The notes beneath the pieces were generated by a model. The model was not told the DNA's origin and made no database searches. It worked only from the letters and a program-made list of their open reading frames with translations. From the human T2T-CHM13v2.0 reference genome, Homo sapiens, in assembly GCF_009914755.1 (NCBI RefSeq), contig NC_060939.1: a DNA stretch of 64,000 nt. One strand, 5' to 3'. The position numbers were made by a program, and so were the translations under genes. Positions 12,000 through 25,799 of this stretch are shown one piece after another (within the stretch, counting starts at the first letter, position 1; each line of letters begins with the position of its first letter).

Positions 12000-14900
12000 A
12001 TTGTTCCATTCGATTCCATTCGAATGCATTCCATTCCAGTCCATTCCATTCGATTCCATTCCATTCATTTCAATTCCATTCCATTCCATTCCATTCCATT
12101 CCATTACATTCCACTTGATTCCTCTGCATTCCCTTCCACTGCATTCCGTTCGATTCCATTACATTGCATTGCATTCCATTCCATTGGATTGCATTCCATT
12201 CGATTCCATTCCATTCGAATCAATTACATAGCAATCCATTACATTCCAGTCTATTCTATTCCGTTCCATTCGATTTCGTTCCAATCCATTCGATTCCATT
12301 CCATTCGATTCCATTCCTTACTATTGCATTCCATTCGATTACATTATATTCGAATAAGTTCCATTCAAGACCATTTCTTTTGAGTCCATTCTATTTGAGT
12401 CCATTCCCTTTGATTCCATAACATTTGAGTCCATTCAATTCCATTCCTTTCGTTTCCATTCCATTTGATGCCATTCCATTCAATTCTGTTCTACTCGACT
12501 CCAATACATTCAATTCCATTCCATCCGATTCCATTACATTCTTTTCATTTCTTATCCATTTCAAGCCATTCCACTCTATTCCATTCCACTCGTTTCCTTT
12601 CCATTCGAGTCCATTCCTCTCCAGTCCATTCCGTTCAATCCATTCCATTCCAGTCCATTCCATTCGAGTCCGTTCCATTCCAGTCCAATCCATTCGAGTC
12701 AATTCCATCCCATTCGATGTCTTTCCATAACGATCCATTCCATTCTATTCCTTTCGATTCCATTCCATTCTATTTCATTCCATTCGATTCCCTTCCATTG
12801 GACTCCTTTCCATTCGAGTGCATTCCATTCCGTTCCATTTCTTTCCGTTCTGTACGATTCCTACCGTTCGATTTCATTTTGTTCCAGTCCATTCCTTTCG
12901 CGTCCATTCCATTCCATTTCACTCCATTCGATTCCATTCCACTCGATTCCACTTCGTTCCATTTCATTGCATTCCATTCTATTCAACTCTATTGCCTTCC
13001 ATTCCATTCCATTCGATTACATTCCATGCGATTCCATTCGAAATCGAATCAATTACATTGCAATCCATTACTATTGAGTCCATTTTATTCCAGTCCACTG
13101 CATTCTGGTCCATTCCATATGATTCCATTCCATTCTATTCCATTCCATACAGTTGCATTCCATTGGATTCCATTCTATATCTATAAATTCAATTGGAGAC
13201 CATTGCTTTTGAGTCCATTCTATATGATTCCATTCCATTCAAGTCCATTACATTTGGTTCAATTCCATTCCATTCCATTCCCTTCCATTCCATTCCAGTT
13301 GATATCAATCCATTCGATTCCATTCCATTCGAGCACATTCCATTCGAGTCCATTCCATTCGATGCCATTCCATTTGATTCTATTCCATTAGTCTCCATTC
13401 AATTCCATTAATCTCCATTCCATTCCATTCTACTCCAACTGATTCCATTCCATTCTATTCCTTTCCATTCCATTTCATTCCATTCCATTCCATTTCATTC
13501 CATTCCATTCCATTCGCTTCCATTCCATTCGTGTCCATTCCACTCCAGTCCATTCCATTTGTGTCCACTGCATTCCATTCCACTCCATTCCATATTATTC
13601 CATTACACTCCATTCCATTCTATTACTTTCATTTCCATTCAATTCCATTCCATTTGATTCCATTCCACTCGGTTTCATTCCATTTGAGTCCACTCCATTC
13701 CATTCCATTTGATTCCATTCCACTCGGTTTCATTCCATTTGAGTCCACTCCATTCCATTCCATTCCATTCCATTCAGTTCCATTCCATTCCGTTCCATTG
13801 CATTCCATTCCATTCGGTACCATTCCATATTGTTCCATTCGATTCCATTCGAATCCATTCCATTCCAGTTCATTCCATTCGATTCCATTCCATTCCTTTC
13901 AATTCCATTCCATTCCATTCCATTCCACTTGATTCCACTCCATTCCCTTCCACTGCATTCCATTCGATTCCATTCCATTGCATTGCATTCCATTCCATTG
14001 GACTGCATTCCATTCGATTCGATTCCATTCGAATCAATTACATAGCAATCCATTACATTCGAGTCTATTCTATTCCGTTCCATTCGATTTCGTTCCAATC
14101 CATTCGATTCCATTCCATTCGATTCCATTCCATACTATTGCATTCCATTCTATTACATTATATTCGAATAATTTCCATTCAAGACCATTTCTTTTGAGTC
14201 CATTCTATTTGAGTCCATTCCCTTTGATTCCATAACATTTGAGTCCATTCAATTCCATTCCTTTCGTTTGCATTCCATTTGATGCCATTCCATTCAATTC
14301 TGTTCTACTCGACTCCAATACATTCAATTCCATTCCATCCGATTCCATTACATTCTTTTCATTTCTTATCCATTTCAAGCCATTCCACTCCATTCCATTC
14401 CACTCGTTTCCTTTCCTTTCGAGTCCATTCCTCTCCAGTCCATTCCGTTCAATCCATTCCATTCCAGTCCATTCCATTCGAGTCCGTTCCATTCCAGTCC
14501 ATTCCATTCGAGTCAATTCCATTCCATTCGATGTCTTTCCATAACGATCCATTCCATTCTATTCCTTTCGATTCCATTCCATTCTATTTCATTCCATTCG
14601 ATTCCCTTCCATTGGACTCCTTTCCATTCGAGTGCATTCCATTCCGTTCCATTTCTTTCCGTTCTGTACGATTCCTACCGTTCGATTTCATTTTGTTCCA
14701 GTCCATTCCTTTCGCGTCCATTCCATTCCATTTCACTCCATTCGATTCCATTCCACTCGATTCCACTTCGTTCCATTTCATTGCATTCCATTCTATTCAA
14801 CTCTATTGCCTTCCATTCCATTCCATTCGATTACATTCCATGCGATTCCATTCGAAATCGAATCAATTACATTGCAATCCATTACTATTGAGTCCGTTTT

Positions 14901-17900
14901 ATTCCAGTCCACTGCATTCTGGTCCATTCCATTTGATTCCATTCCATTTTATTCCATTCCATACAGTTGCATTCCATTGGATTCCATGCTGTATCTATAA
15001 ATTCAATTCGAGACCATTGCTTTTGAGTCCATTCTATATGTTTCCATTCCATTCAAGTCCATTACATTTGTTTCAATTCCATTCCATTCCATTCCCTTCC
15101 ATTCCATTCCAGTTGATATCAATCCATTCGATTCCATTCCATTCCAGCACATTCCATTCGAGTCCATTCCATTCGATGCCATTCCATTTGATTCTATTCC
15201 ATTAGTCTCCATTCAATTCCATTAATCTCCATTCCATTCCATTCTACTCCAACTGATTCCATTCCATTCTATTCCTTTCCATTCCATTTCATTCCATTCC
15301 ATTCCATTTCATTCCATTCCATTCCATTCGCTTCCATTCCATTCGTGTCCATTCCACTCCAGTCCATTCCATTTGTGTCCACTGCATTCCATTCCACTCC
15401 ATTCCATATTATTCCATTACACTCCATTCCATTCTATTACTTTCATTTCCATTCAATTCCATTCCATTTGATTCCATTCCACTCGGTTTCATTCCATTTG
15501 AGTCCACTCCATTCCATTCCATTCCATTCCATTCAGTTCCATTCTATTCTGTTCCATTCCATTCCGTTCCATTGCATTCCATTCCATTCGGTACCATTCC
15601 ATATTGTTCCATTCGATTCCATTCGAATCCATTCCATTCCAGTCCATTCCATTCGATTCCATTCCATTCCTTTCCATTCCATTCCATTCCATTCCTTTCC
15701 ATTCCACTTGATTCCACTCCATTCCCTTCCACTGCATTCCATTCGATTCCATTCCATTGCATTGCATTCCATTCCATTGGACTGCATTCCATTCGATTCC
15801 ATTCCATTCGAATCAATTACATAGCAATCCATTACATTCGAGTCTATTCTATTCCGTTCCATTCGATTTCATTCCAATCCATTCGATTCCATTCCATTCG
15901 ATTCCATTCCATACTATTGCATTCCATTCGATTACATTATATTCGAATAAGTTCCATTCAAGACCATTTCTTTTGAGTCCATTCTATTTGAGTCCATTCC
16001 CTTTGATTCCATAACATTTGAGTCCATTCAATTCCATTCCTTTCGTTTCCATTCCATTTGATGCCATTCCATTCAATTCTGTTCTACTCGACTCCAATAC
16101 ATTCAATTCCATTCCATCCGATTCCATTACATTCTTTTCATTTCTTATCCATTTCAAGCCATTCCACTCCATTCCATTCCACTCGTTTCCTTTCCATTCG
16201 AGTCCATTCCTCTCCAGTCCATTCCGTTCAATCCATTCCATTCCAGTCCATTCCATTCGAGTCCGTTCCATTCCAGTCCATTCCATTCGAGTCAATTCCA
16301 TCCCATTCGATGTCTTTCCATAACGATCCATTCCATTCTATTCCTTTCGATTCCATTCCATTCTATTTCATTCCATTCGATTCCCTTCCATTGGACTCCT
16401 TTCCATTCGAGTGCATTCCATTCCTTTCCATTTCTTTCCGTTCTGTACGATTCCTACCGTTCGATTTCATTTTGTTCCAGTCCATTCCTTTCGCGTCCAT
16501 TCCATTCCATTTCACTCCATTCGATTCCATTCCACTCGATTCCACTTCGTTCCATTTCATTGCATTCCATTCTATTCAACTCTATTGCCTTCCATTCCAT
16601 TCCATTCGATTACATTCCATGCGATTCCATTCGAAATCGAATCAATTACATTGCAATCCATTACTATTGAGTCCATTTTATTCCAGTCCACTGCATTCTG
16701 GTCCATTCCATTTGATTCCATTCCATTCTATTCCATTCCATACAGTTGCATTCCATTGGATTCCATTCTATATCTATAAATTCAATTCGAGACCATTGCT
16801 TTTGAGTCCATTCTATATGATTCCATTCCATTCAAGTCCATTACATTTGGTTCAATTCCATTCCATTCCATTCCCTTCCATTCCATTCCAGTTGATATCA
16901 ATCCATTCGATTCCATTCCATTCGAGCACATTCCATTCGAGTCCATTCCATTCGATGCCATTCCATTTGATTCTATTCCACTAGTCTCCATTCAATTCCA
17001 TTAATCTCCATTCCATTCCATTCTACTCCAACTGATTCCATTCCATTCTATTCCTTTCCATTCCATTTCATTCCATTCCATTCCATTTCATTCCATTCCA
17101 TTCCATTCGCTTCCATTCCATTCGTGTGCATTCCACTCCAGTCCATTCCATTCGTGTCCATTCCATTCCAGTCCATTCCATTTGTGTCCACTGCATTCCA
17201 TTCCACTCCATTCCATATTATTCCATTACACTCCATTCCATTCTATTACTTTCATTTCCATTCAATTCCATTCCATTTGATTCCATTCCACTCGGTTTCA
17301 TTCCATTTGAGTCCACTCCATTCCATTCCATTCCATTCCATTCAGTTCCATTCCATTCTGTTCCATTCCATTCCGTTCCATTGCATTCCATTCCATTCGG
17401 TACCATTCCATATTGTTCCATTCGATTCCATTCGAATCCATTCCATTCCAGTCCATTCCATTCGATTCCATTCCATTCCTTTCAATTCCATTCCATTCCA
17501 TTCCATTCCACTTGATTCCACTCCATTCCCTTCCACTGCATTCCATTCGATTCCATTCCATTGCATTGCATTCCATTCCATTGGACTGCATTCCATTCGA
17601 TTCCATTCCATTCGAATCAATTACATAGCAATCCATTACATTCGAGTCTATTCTATTCCGTTCCATTCGATTTCGTTCCAATCCATTCGATTCCATTCCA
17701 TTCGATTCCATTCCATACTATTGCATTCCATTCGATTACATTATATTCGAATAAGTTCCATTCAAGACCATTTCTTTTGAGTCCATTCTATTTGAGTCCA
17801 TTCCCTTTGATTCCATATCATTTGAGTCCATTCAATTCCATTCCTTTCGTTTGCATTCCATTTGATGCCATTCCATTCAATTCTGTTCTACTCGACTCCA

Positions 17901-18300
17901 ATACATTCAATTCCATTCCATCCGATTCCATTACATTCTTTTCATTTCTTATCCATTTCAAGCCATTCCACTCCATTCCATTCCACTCGTTTCCTTTCCT
18001 TTCGAGTCCATTCCTCTCCTGTCCATTCCGTTCAATCCATTCCATTCCAGTCCATTCCATTCGAGTCCGTTCCATTCCAGTCCATTCCATTCGAGTCAAT
18101 TCCATTCCATTCGATGTCTTTCCATAATGATCCATTCCATTCTATTCCTTTCGATTCCATTCCATTCTATTTCATTCCATTCGATTCCCTTCCATTGGAC
18201 TCCTTTCCATTCGAGTGCATTCCATTCCGTTCCATTTCTTTCCGTTCTGTACGATTCCTACCGTTCGATTTCATTTTGTTCCAGTCCATTGCTTTCGCGT
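12000..18300 (+). repeat. Segment paralogous to ~36700-42900 (offset 24667, then 24612); its right part is also paralogous to ~1-3900 (offset 14396)
   Basis: caattggagacc at ~13190/37857; ccatatgattcc; gaataatttcc; catgctgtatct at ~589/14985/39597; ACTAGT at 2584/16980/41592. Confidence 0.85.
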
Positions 18301-19172
18301 CCATTCCATTCCATTTCACTCCATTCGATTCCATTCCACTCGATTCCACTTCGTTCCATTTCATTGCATTCCATTCTATTCAACTCTATTGCCTTCCATT
18401 CCATTCCATTCGATTACATTCCATGCGATTCCATTCGAAATCGAATCAATTACATTGCAATCCATTACTATTGAGTCCGTTTTTTTCCAGTCCACTGCAT
18501 TCTGGTCCATTCCATTTGATTCCATTCCATTTTATTCCATTCCATACAGTTGCATTCCATTGGATTCCATGCTATATCTATAAATTCAATTCGAGACCAT
18601 TGCTTTTGAGTCCATTCTATATGTTTCCATTCCATTCAAGTCCATTACATTTGGTTCAATTCCATTCCATTCCATTCCCTTCCATTCCATTCCAGTTGAT
18701 ATCAATCCATTCGATTCCATTCCATTCCAGCACATTCCATTCGAGTCCATTCCATTCGATGCCATTCCATTTGATTCTATTCCATTAGTCTCCATTCAAT
18801 TCCATTAATCTCCATTCCATTCCATTCTACTCCAACTGATTCCATTCCATTCTATTCCTTTCCATTCCATTTCATTCCATTCCATTCCATTTCATTCCAT
18901 TCCATTCCATTCGCTTCCATTCCATTCGTGTCCTTTCCACTCCAGTCCATTCCATTTCTGTCCACTGCATTCCATTCCACTCCATTCCATATTATTCCAT
19001 TACACTCCATTCCATTCTATTACTTTCATTTCCATTCAATTCCATTCCATTTGATTCCATTCCACTCGGTTTCATTCCATTTGAGTCCACTCCATTCCAT
19101 TCCATTCCATTCCATTCAGTTCCATTCCATTCTGTTCCATTCCATTCCGTTCCATTGCATTCCATTCCATTC

Positions 19173-20557
19173 GGTACCATTCCATATTGTTCCATTCGAT
19201 TCCATTCGAATCCATTCCATTCCAGTCCATTCCATTCGATTCCATTCCATTCCTTTCAATTCCATTCCATTCCATTCCATTCCACTTGATTCCACTCCAT
19301 TCCCTTCCAGTGCATTCCATTCGATTCCATTCCATTGCATTGCCTTCCATTCCATTGGACTGCATTCCATTCGATTCCATTCCATTCGAATCAATTACAT
19401 AGCAATCCATTACATTCGAGTCTATTCTATTCCGTTCCATTCGATTTCGTTCCAATCCATTCGATTCCATTCCATTCGATTCCTTTCCATTCCATTTCAT
19501 TCCATTCCATTCTATTTCATTCCATTCGATTCCCTTCCATTGGACTCCTTTCCATTCGAGTGCATTCCATTCCGTTCCATTTCTTTCCGTTCTGTACGAT
19601 TCCTACCGTTCGATTTCATTTTGTTCCAGTCCATTCCTTTCGCGTCCATTCCATTCCATTTCACTCCATTCGATTCCATTCCATTTCACTCCATTCGATT
19701 CCATTCCACTCGATTCCACTTCGTTCCATTTCATTGCATTCCATTCTATTCAACTCTATTGCCTTCCATTCCATTCCATTCGATTACATTCCATGCGATT
19801 CCATTCGAAATCGAATCAATTACATTGCAATCCATAACTATTGAGTCCGTTTTATTCCAGTCCACTGCATTCTGGTCCATTCCATTTGATTCCATTCCAT
19901 TCTATTCCATTCCATACAGTTGCATTCCATTGGATTCCATGCTATATCTATAAATTCAATTCGAGACCATTGCTTTTGAGTCCATTCTATATGATTCCAT
20001 TCCATTCAAGTCCATTACATTTGGTTCAATTCCATTCCATTCCATTCCCTTCCATTCCATTCCAGTTGATATCAATCCATTCGATTCCATTCCATTCGAG
20101 CACATTCCATTCGAGTCCATTCCATTCGATGCCATTCCATTTGATTCTATTCCATTAGTCTCCATTCAATTCCATTAATCTCCATTCCATTCCATTCTAC
20201 TCCAACTGATTCCATTCCATTCTATTCCTTTCCATTCCATTTCATTCCATTCCATTCCATTTCATTCCATTCCATTCCATTCGTGTCCATTCCACTCCAG
20301 TCCATTCCATTCGTGTCCATTCCATTCCAGTCCATTCCATTTGTGTCCACTGCATTCCATTCCACTCCATTCCATATTATTCCATTACACTCCATTCCAT
20401 TCTATTACTTTCATTTCCATTCAATTCCATTCCATTTGATTCCATTCCACTCGGTTTCATTCCATTTGAGTCCACTCCATTCCATTCCATTCCATTCCAT
20501 TCAGTTCCATTCCATTCTGTTCCATTCCATTCCGTTCCATTACATTCCATTCCATTC
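19173..20557 (+). repeat. Truncated unit (1385 bp KpnI fragment) with a ~429 bp internal deletion and a 25 bp duplication
   Basis: KpnI sites at 19173 and 20558. The landmarks gaataagttcc, atttcaagcc and ccataacgatcc are missing. The distance between two flanking landmarks is 225 bp (19335 to 19560) versus the usual 654 bp (8571 to 9225). Confidence 0.93.
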
Positions 20558-23500
20558 GGTACCATTCCATATTGTTCCATTCGATTCCATTCGAATCCAT
20601 TCCATTCCAGTCCATTCCATTCGATTCCATTCCATTCATTTCAATTCCATTCCATTCCATTCCATTCCATTCCACTTGATTCCTCTCCATTCCCTTCCAC
20701 TGCATTCCGTTCGATTCCATTCCATTGCATTGCATTCCATTCCATTGGATTGCATTCCATTCGATTCCATTCCATTCGAATCAATTACATAGCAATCCAT
20801 TGCATTCGAGTCTATTCTATTCCGTTCCATTCGATTTCGTTCCAATCCATTCGATTCCATTCCATTCGATTCCATTCCATACTATTGCATTCCATTCGAT
20901 TACATTATATTCGAATAAGTTCCATTCAAGACCATTTCTTTTGAGTCCATTCTATTTGAGTCCATTCCCTTTGATTCCATAACATTTGAGTCCATTCAAT
21001 TCCATTCCTTTCGTTTCCATTCCATTTGATGCCATTCCATTCAATTCTGTTCTACTCGACTCCAATACATTCAATTCCATTCCATCCGATTCCATTACAT
21101 TCTTTTCATTTCTTATCCATTTCAAGCCATTCCACTCCATTCCATTCCACTCGTTTCCTTTCCATTCGAGTCCATTCCTCTCCAGTCCATTCCGTTCAAT
21201 CCATTCCATTCCAGTCCATTCCATTCGAGTCCGTTCCATTCCAGTCCATTCCATTCGAGTCAATTCCATTCCATTCGATGTCTTTCCATAACGATCCATT
21301 CCATTCTATTCCTTTCGATTCCATTCCATTCTATTTCATTCCATTCGATTCCCTTCCATTGGACTCCTTTCCATTCGAGTGCATTCCATTCCTTTCCATT
21401 TCTTTCCGTTCTGTACGATTCCTACCGTTCGATTTCATTTTGTTCCAGTCCATTCCTTTCGCGTCCATTCCATTCCATTTCACTCCATTCGATTCCATTC
21501 CACTCGATTCCACTTCGTTCCATTTCATTGCATTCCATTCTATTCAACTCTATTGCCTTCCATTCCATTCCATTCGATTACATTCCATGCGATTCCATTC
21601 GAAATCGAATCAATTACATTGCAATCCATTACTATTGAGTCCGTTTTATTCCAGTCCACTGCATTCTGGTCCATTCCATTTGATTCCATTCCATTCTATT
21701 CCATTCCATACAGTTGCATTCCATTGGATTCCATGCTATATCTATAAATTCAATTCGAGACCATTGCTTTTGAGTCCATTCTATATGATTCCATTCCATT
21801 CAAGTCCATTACATTTGGTTCAATTCCATTCCATTCCATTCCCTTCCATTCCATTCCAGTTGATATCAATCCATTCGATTCCATTCCATTCGAGCACATT
21901 CCATTCGAGTCCATTCCATTCGATGCCATTCCATTTGATTCTATTCCATTAGTCTCCATTCAATTCCATTAATCTCCATTCCATTCCATTCTACTCCAAC
22001 TGATTCCATTTCATTATATTCCTTTCCATTCCATTTCATTCCATTCCATTCCATTTCATTCCATTCCATTCCATTCCATTCGTGTCCATTCCACTCCAGT
22101 CCATTCCATTCGTGTCCATTCCATTCCAGTCCATTCCATTTGTGTCCCCTGCATTCCATTAAACTCCATTCCATATTATTCCATTACACTCCATTCCATT
22201 CTATTACTTTCATTTCCATTCAATTCCATTCCATTTGATTCCATTCCACTCGGTTTCATTCCATTTGAGTCCACTCCATTCCATTCCATTCCATTCCATT
22301 CCATTCAGTTCCATTCCATTCTATTCCATTCCATTCCGTTCCATTACATTCCATTCCATTCGGTACCATTCCATATTGTTCAATTCGATTCCATTCGAAT
22401 CCATTCCATTCCAGTCCATTCCATTCGATTCCATTCCATTCATTTGAATTCCATTCCATTCCATTCCATTACATTCCACTTGATTCCTCTCCATTCCCTT
22501 CCACTGCATTCCGTTCGATTCCATTCCATTGCATTGCATTCCATTCAATTGGATTGCATTCCATTCGATTCCATTCCATTCGAATCAATTACATAGCAAT
22601 CCATTACATTCGAGTCTATTCTATTCCGTTCCATTCGATTTCGTTCCAATCCATTCGATTCCATTCCATTCGATTCCATTCCATACTATTGCATTCCATT
22701 CTATTACATTATATTCGAATAAGTTCCATTCAAGACCATTTCTTTTGAGTCCATTCTATTTGAGTCCATTCCCTTTGATTCCATAACATTTGAGTCCATT
22801 CAATTCCATTCCTTTCTTTTCCATTCCATTTGATGCCATTCCATTCAATTCTGTTCTACTCGACTCCAATACATTCAATTCCATTCCATCCGATTCCATT
22901 ACATTCTTTTCATTTCTTATCCATTTCAAGCCATTCCACTCCATTCCATTCCACTCGTTTCCTTTCCATTCGAGTCCATTCCTCTCCAGTCCATTCCGTT
23001 CAATCCATTCCATTCCAGTCCATTCCATTCGAGTCCGTTCCATTCCAGTCCATTCCATTCGAGTCAATTCCATTCCATTCGATGTCTTTCCATAACGATC
23101 CATTCCATTCTATTCCTTTCGATTCCATTCCATTCTATTTCATTCCATTCGATTCCCTTCCATTGGACTCCTTTCCATTCGAGTGCATTCCATTCCGTTC
23201 CATTTCTTTCCGTTCTGTACGATTCCTACCGTTCGATTTCATTTTGTTCCAGTCCATTCCTTTCGCGTCCATTCCATTCCATTTCACTCCATTCGATTCC
23301 ATTCCACTCGATTCCACTTCGTTCCATTTCATTGCATTCCATTCTATTCAACTCTATTGCCTTCCATTCTATTCCATTCGATTACATTCCATGCGATTCC
23401 ATTCGAAATCGAATCAATTACATTGCAATCCATTACTATTGAGTCCGTTTTATTCCAGTCCACTGCATTCTGGTCCATTCCATTTGATTCCATTCCATTC

Positions 23501-25799
23501 TATTCCATTCCATACAGTTGCATTCCATTGGATTCCATGCTATATCTATAAATTCAATTCGAGACCATTGCTTTTGAGTCCATTCTATATGATTCCATTC
23601 CATTCAAGTCCATTACATTTGGTTCAATTCCATTCCATTCCATTCCCTTCCATTCCATTCCATTTGATATCAATCCATTCGATTCCATTCCATTCGAGCA
23701 CATTCCATTCGAGTCCATTCCATTCGATGCCATTCCATTTGATTCTATTCCATTAGTCTCCATTCAATTCCATTAATCTCCATTCCATTCCATTCTACTC
23801 CAACTGATTCCATTCCATTCTATTCCTTTCCATTCCATTTCATTCCATTCCATTCCATTTCATTCCATTCCATTCCATTCGCTTCCATTCCATTCGTGTC
23901 CATTCCACTCCAGTCCATTCCATTCGTGTCCATTCCATTCCAGTCCATTCCATTTGTGTCCACTGCATTCCATTCCACTCCATTCCATATTATTCCATTA
24001 CACTCCATTCCATTCTAATACTTTCATTTCCATTCAATTCCATTCCATTTGATTCCATTCCACTCGGTTTCATTCCATTTGAGTCCACTCCATTCCATTC
24101 CATTCCATTCCATTCAGTTCCATTCCATTCTGTTCCGTTCCATTCCATTCTGTTCCATTCCATTCCGTTCCATTGCATTCCATTCCATTCGGTACCATTC
24201 CATATTGTTCCATTCGATTCCATTCGAATCCATTCCATTCCACTCCATTCCATTCGATTCCATTCCATTCCTTTCAATTCCATTCCATTCCATTCCATTC
24301 CACTTGATTCCACTCCATTCCCTTCCACTGCATTCCATTCGATTCCATTCCATTGCATTGCATTCCATTCCATGGGACTGCATTCCATTCGATTCCATTC
24401 CATTCGAATCAATTACATAGCAATCCATTACATTCGAGTCTATTCTATTCCGTTCCATTCGATTTCGTTCCAATCCATTCGATTCCATTCCATTCGATTC
24501 CATTCCATACTATTGCATTCCATTCTATTACATTATATTCGAATAAGTTCCATTCAAGACCATTTCTTTTGAGTCCATTCTATTTGAGTCCATTCCCTTT
24601 GATTCCATAACATTTGAGTCCATTCAATTCCATTCCTTTCGTTTCCATTCCATTTGATGCCATTCCATTCAATTCTGTTCTACTCGACTCCAATACATTC
24701 AATTCCATTCCATCCGATTCCATTACATTCTTTTCATTTCTTATCCATTTCAAGCCATTCCACTCCATTCCATTCCACTCGTTTCCTTTCCATTCGAGTC
24801 CATTCCTCTCCAGTCCATTCCGTTCAATCCATTCCATTCCAGTCCATTCCATTCGAGTCCGTTCCATTCCAGTCCATTCCATTCGAGTCAATTCCATTCC
24901 ATTCGATGTCTTTCCATAACGATCCATTCCATTCTATTCCTTTCGATTCCATTCCATTCTATTTCATTCCATTCGATTCCCTTCCATTGGACTCCTTTCC
25001 ATTCGAGTGCATTCCATTCCGTTCCATTTCTTTCCGTTCTGTACGATTCCTACCGTTCGATTTCATTTTGTTCCAGTCCATTCCTTTCGCGTCCATTCCA
25101 TTCCATTTCACTCCATTCGATTCCATTCCACTCGATTCCACTTCGTTCCATTTCATTGCATTCCATTCTATTCAACTCTATTGCCTTCCATTCCATTCCA
25201 TTCGATTACATTCCATGCGATTCCATTCGAAATCGAATCAATTACATTACAATCCATTACTATTGAGTCCGTTTTATTCCAGTCCACTGCATTCTGGTCC
25301 ATTCCATTTGATTCCATTCCATTTTATTCCATTCCATACAGTTGCATTCCATTGGATTCCATGCTATATCTATAAATTCAATTCGAGACCATTGCTTTTG
25401 ATTCCATTCTATATGTTTCCATTCCATTCAAGTCCATTACATTTGGTTCAATTCCATTCCATTCCATTCCCTTCCATTCCATTCCAGTTGATATCAATCC
25501 ATTCGATTCCATTCCATTCGAGCACATTCCATTCGAGTCCATTCCATTCGATGCCATTCCATTTGATTCTATTCCATTAGTCTCCATTCAATTCCATTAA
25601 TCTCCATTCCATTCCATTCTACTCCAACTGATTCCATTCCATTCTATTCCTTTCCATTCCATTTCATTCCATTCCATTCCATTCGCTTCCATTCCATTCG
25701 TGTCCATTCCACTCCAGTCGATTCCATTTGTGTCCACTGCATTCCATTCCACTCCATTCCATATTATTCCATTACACTCCATTCCATTCTATTACTTTC

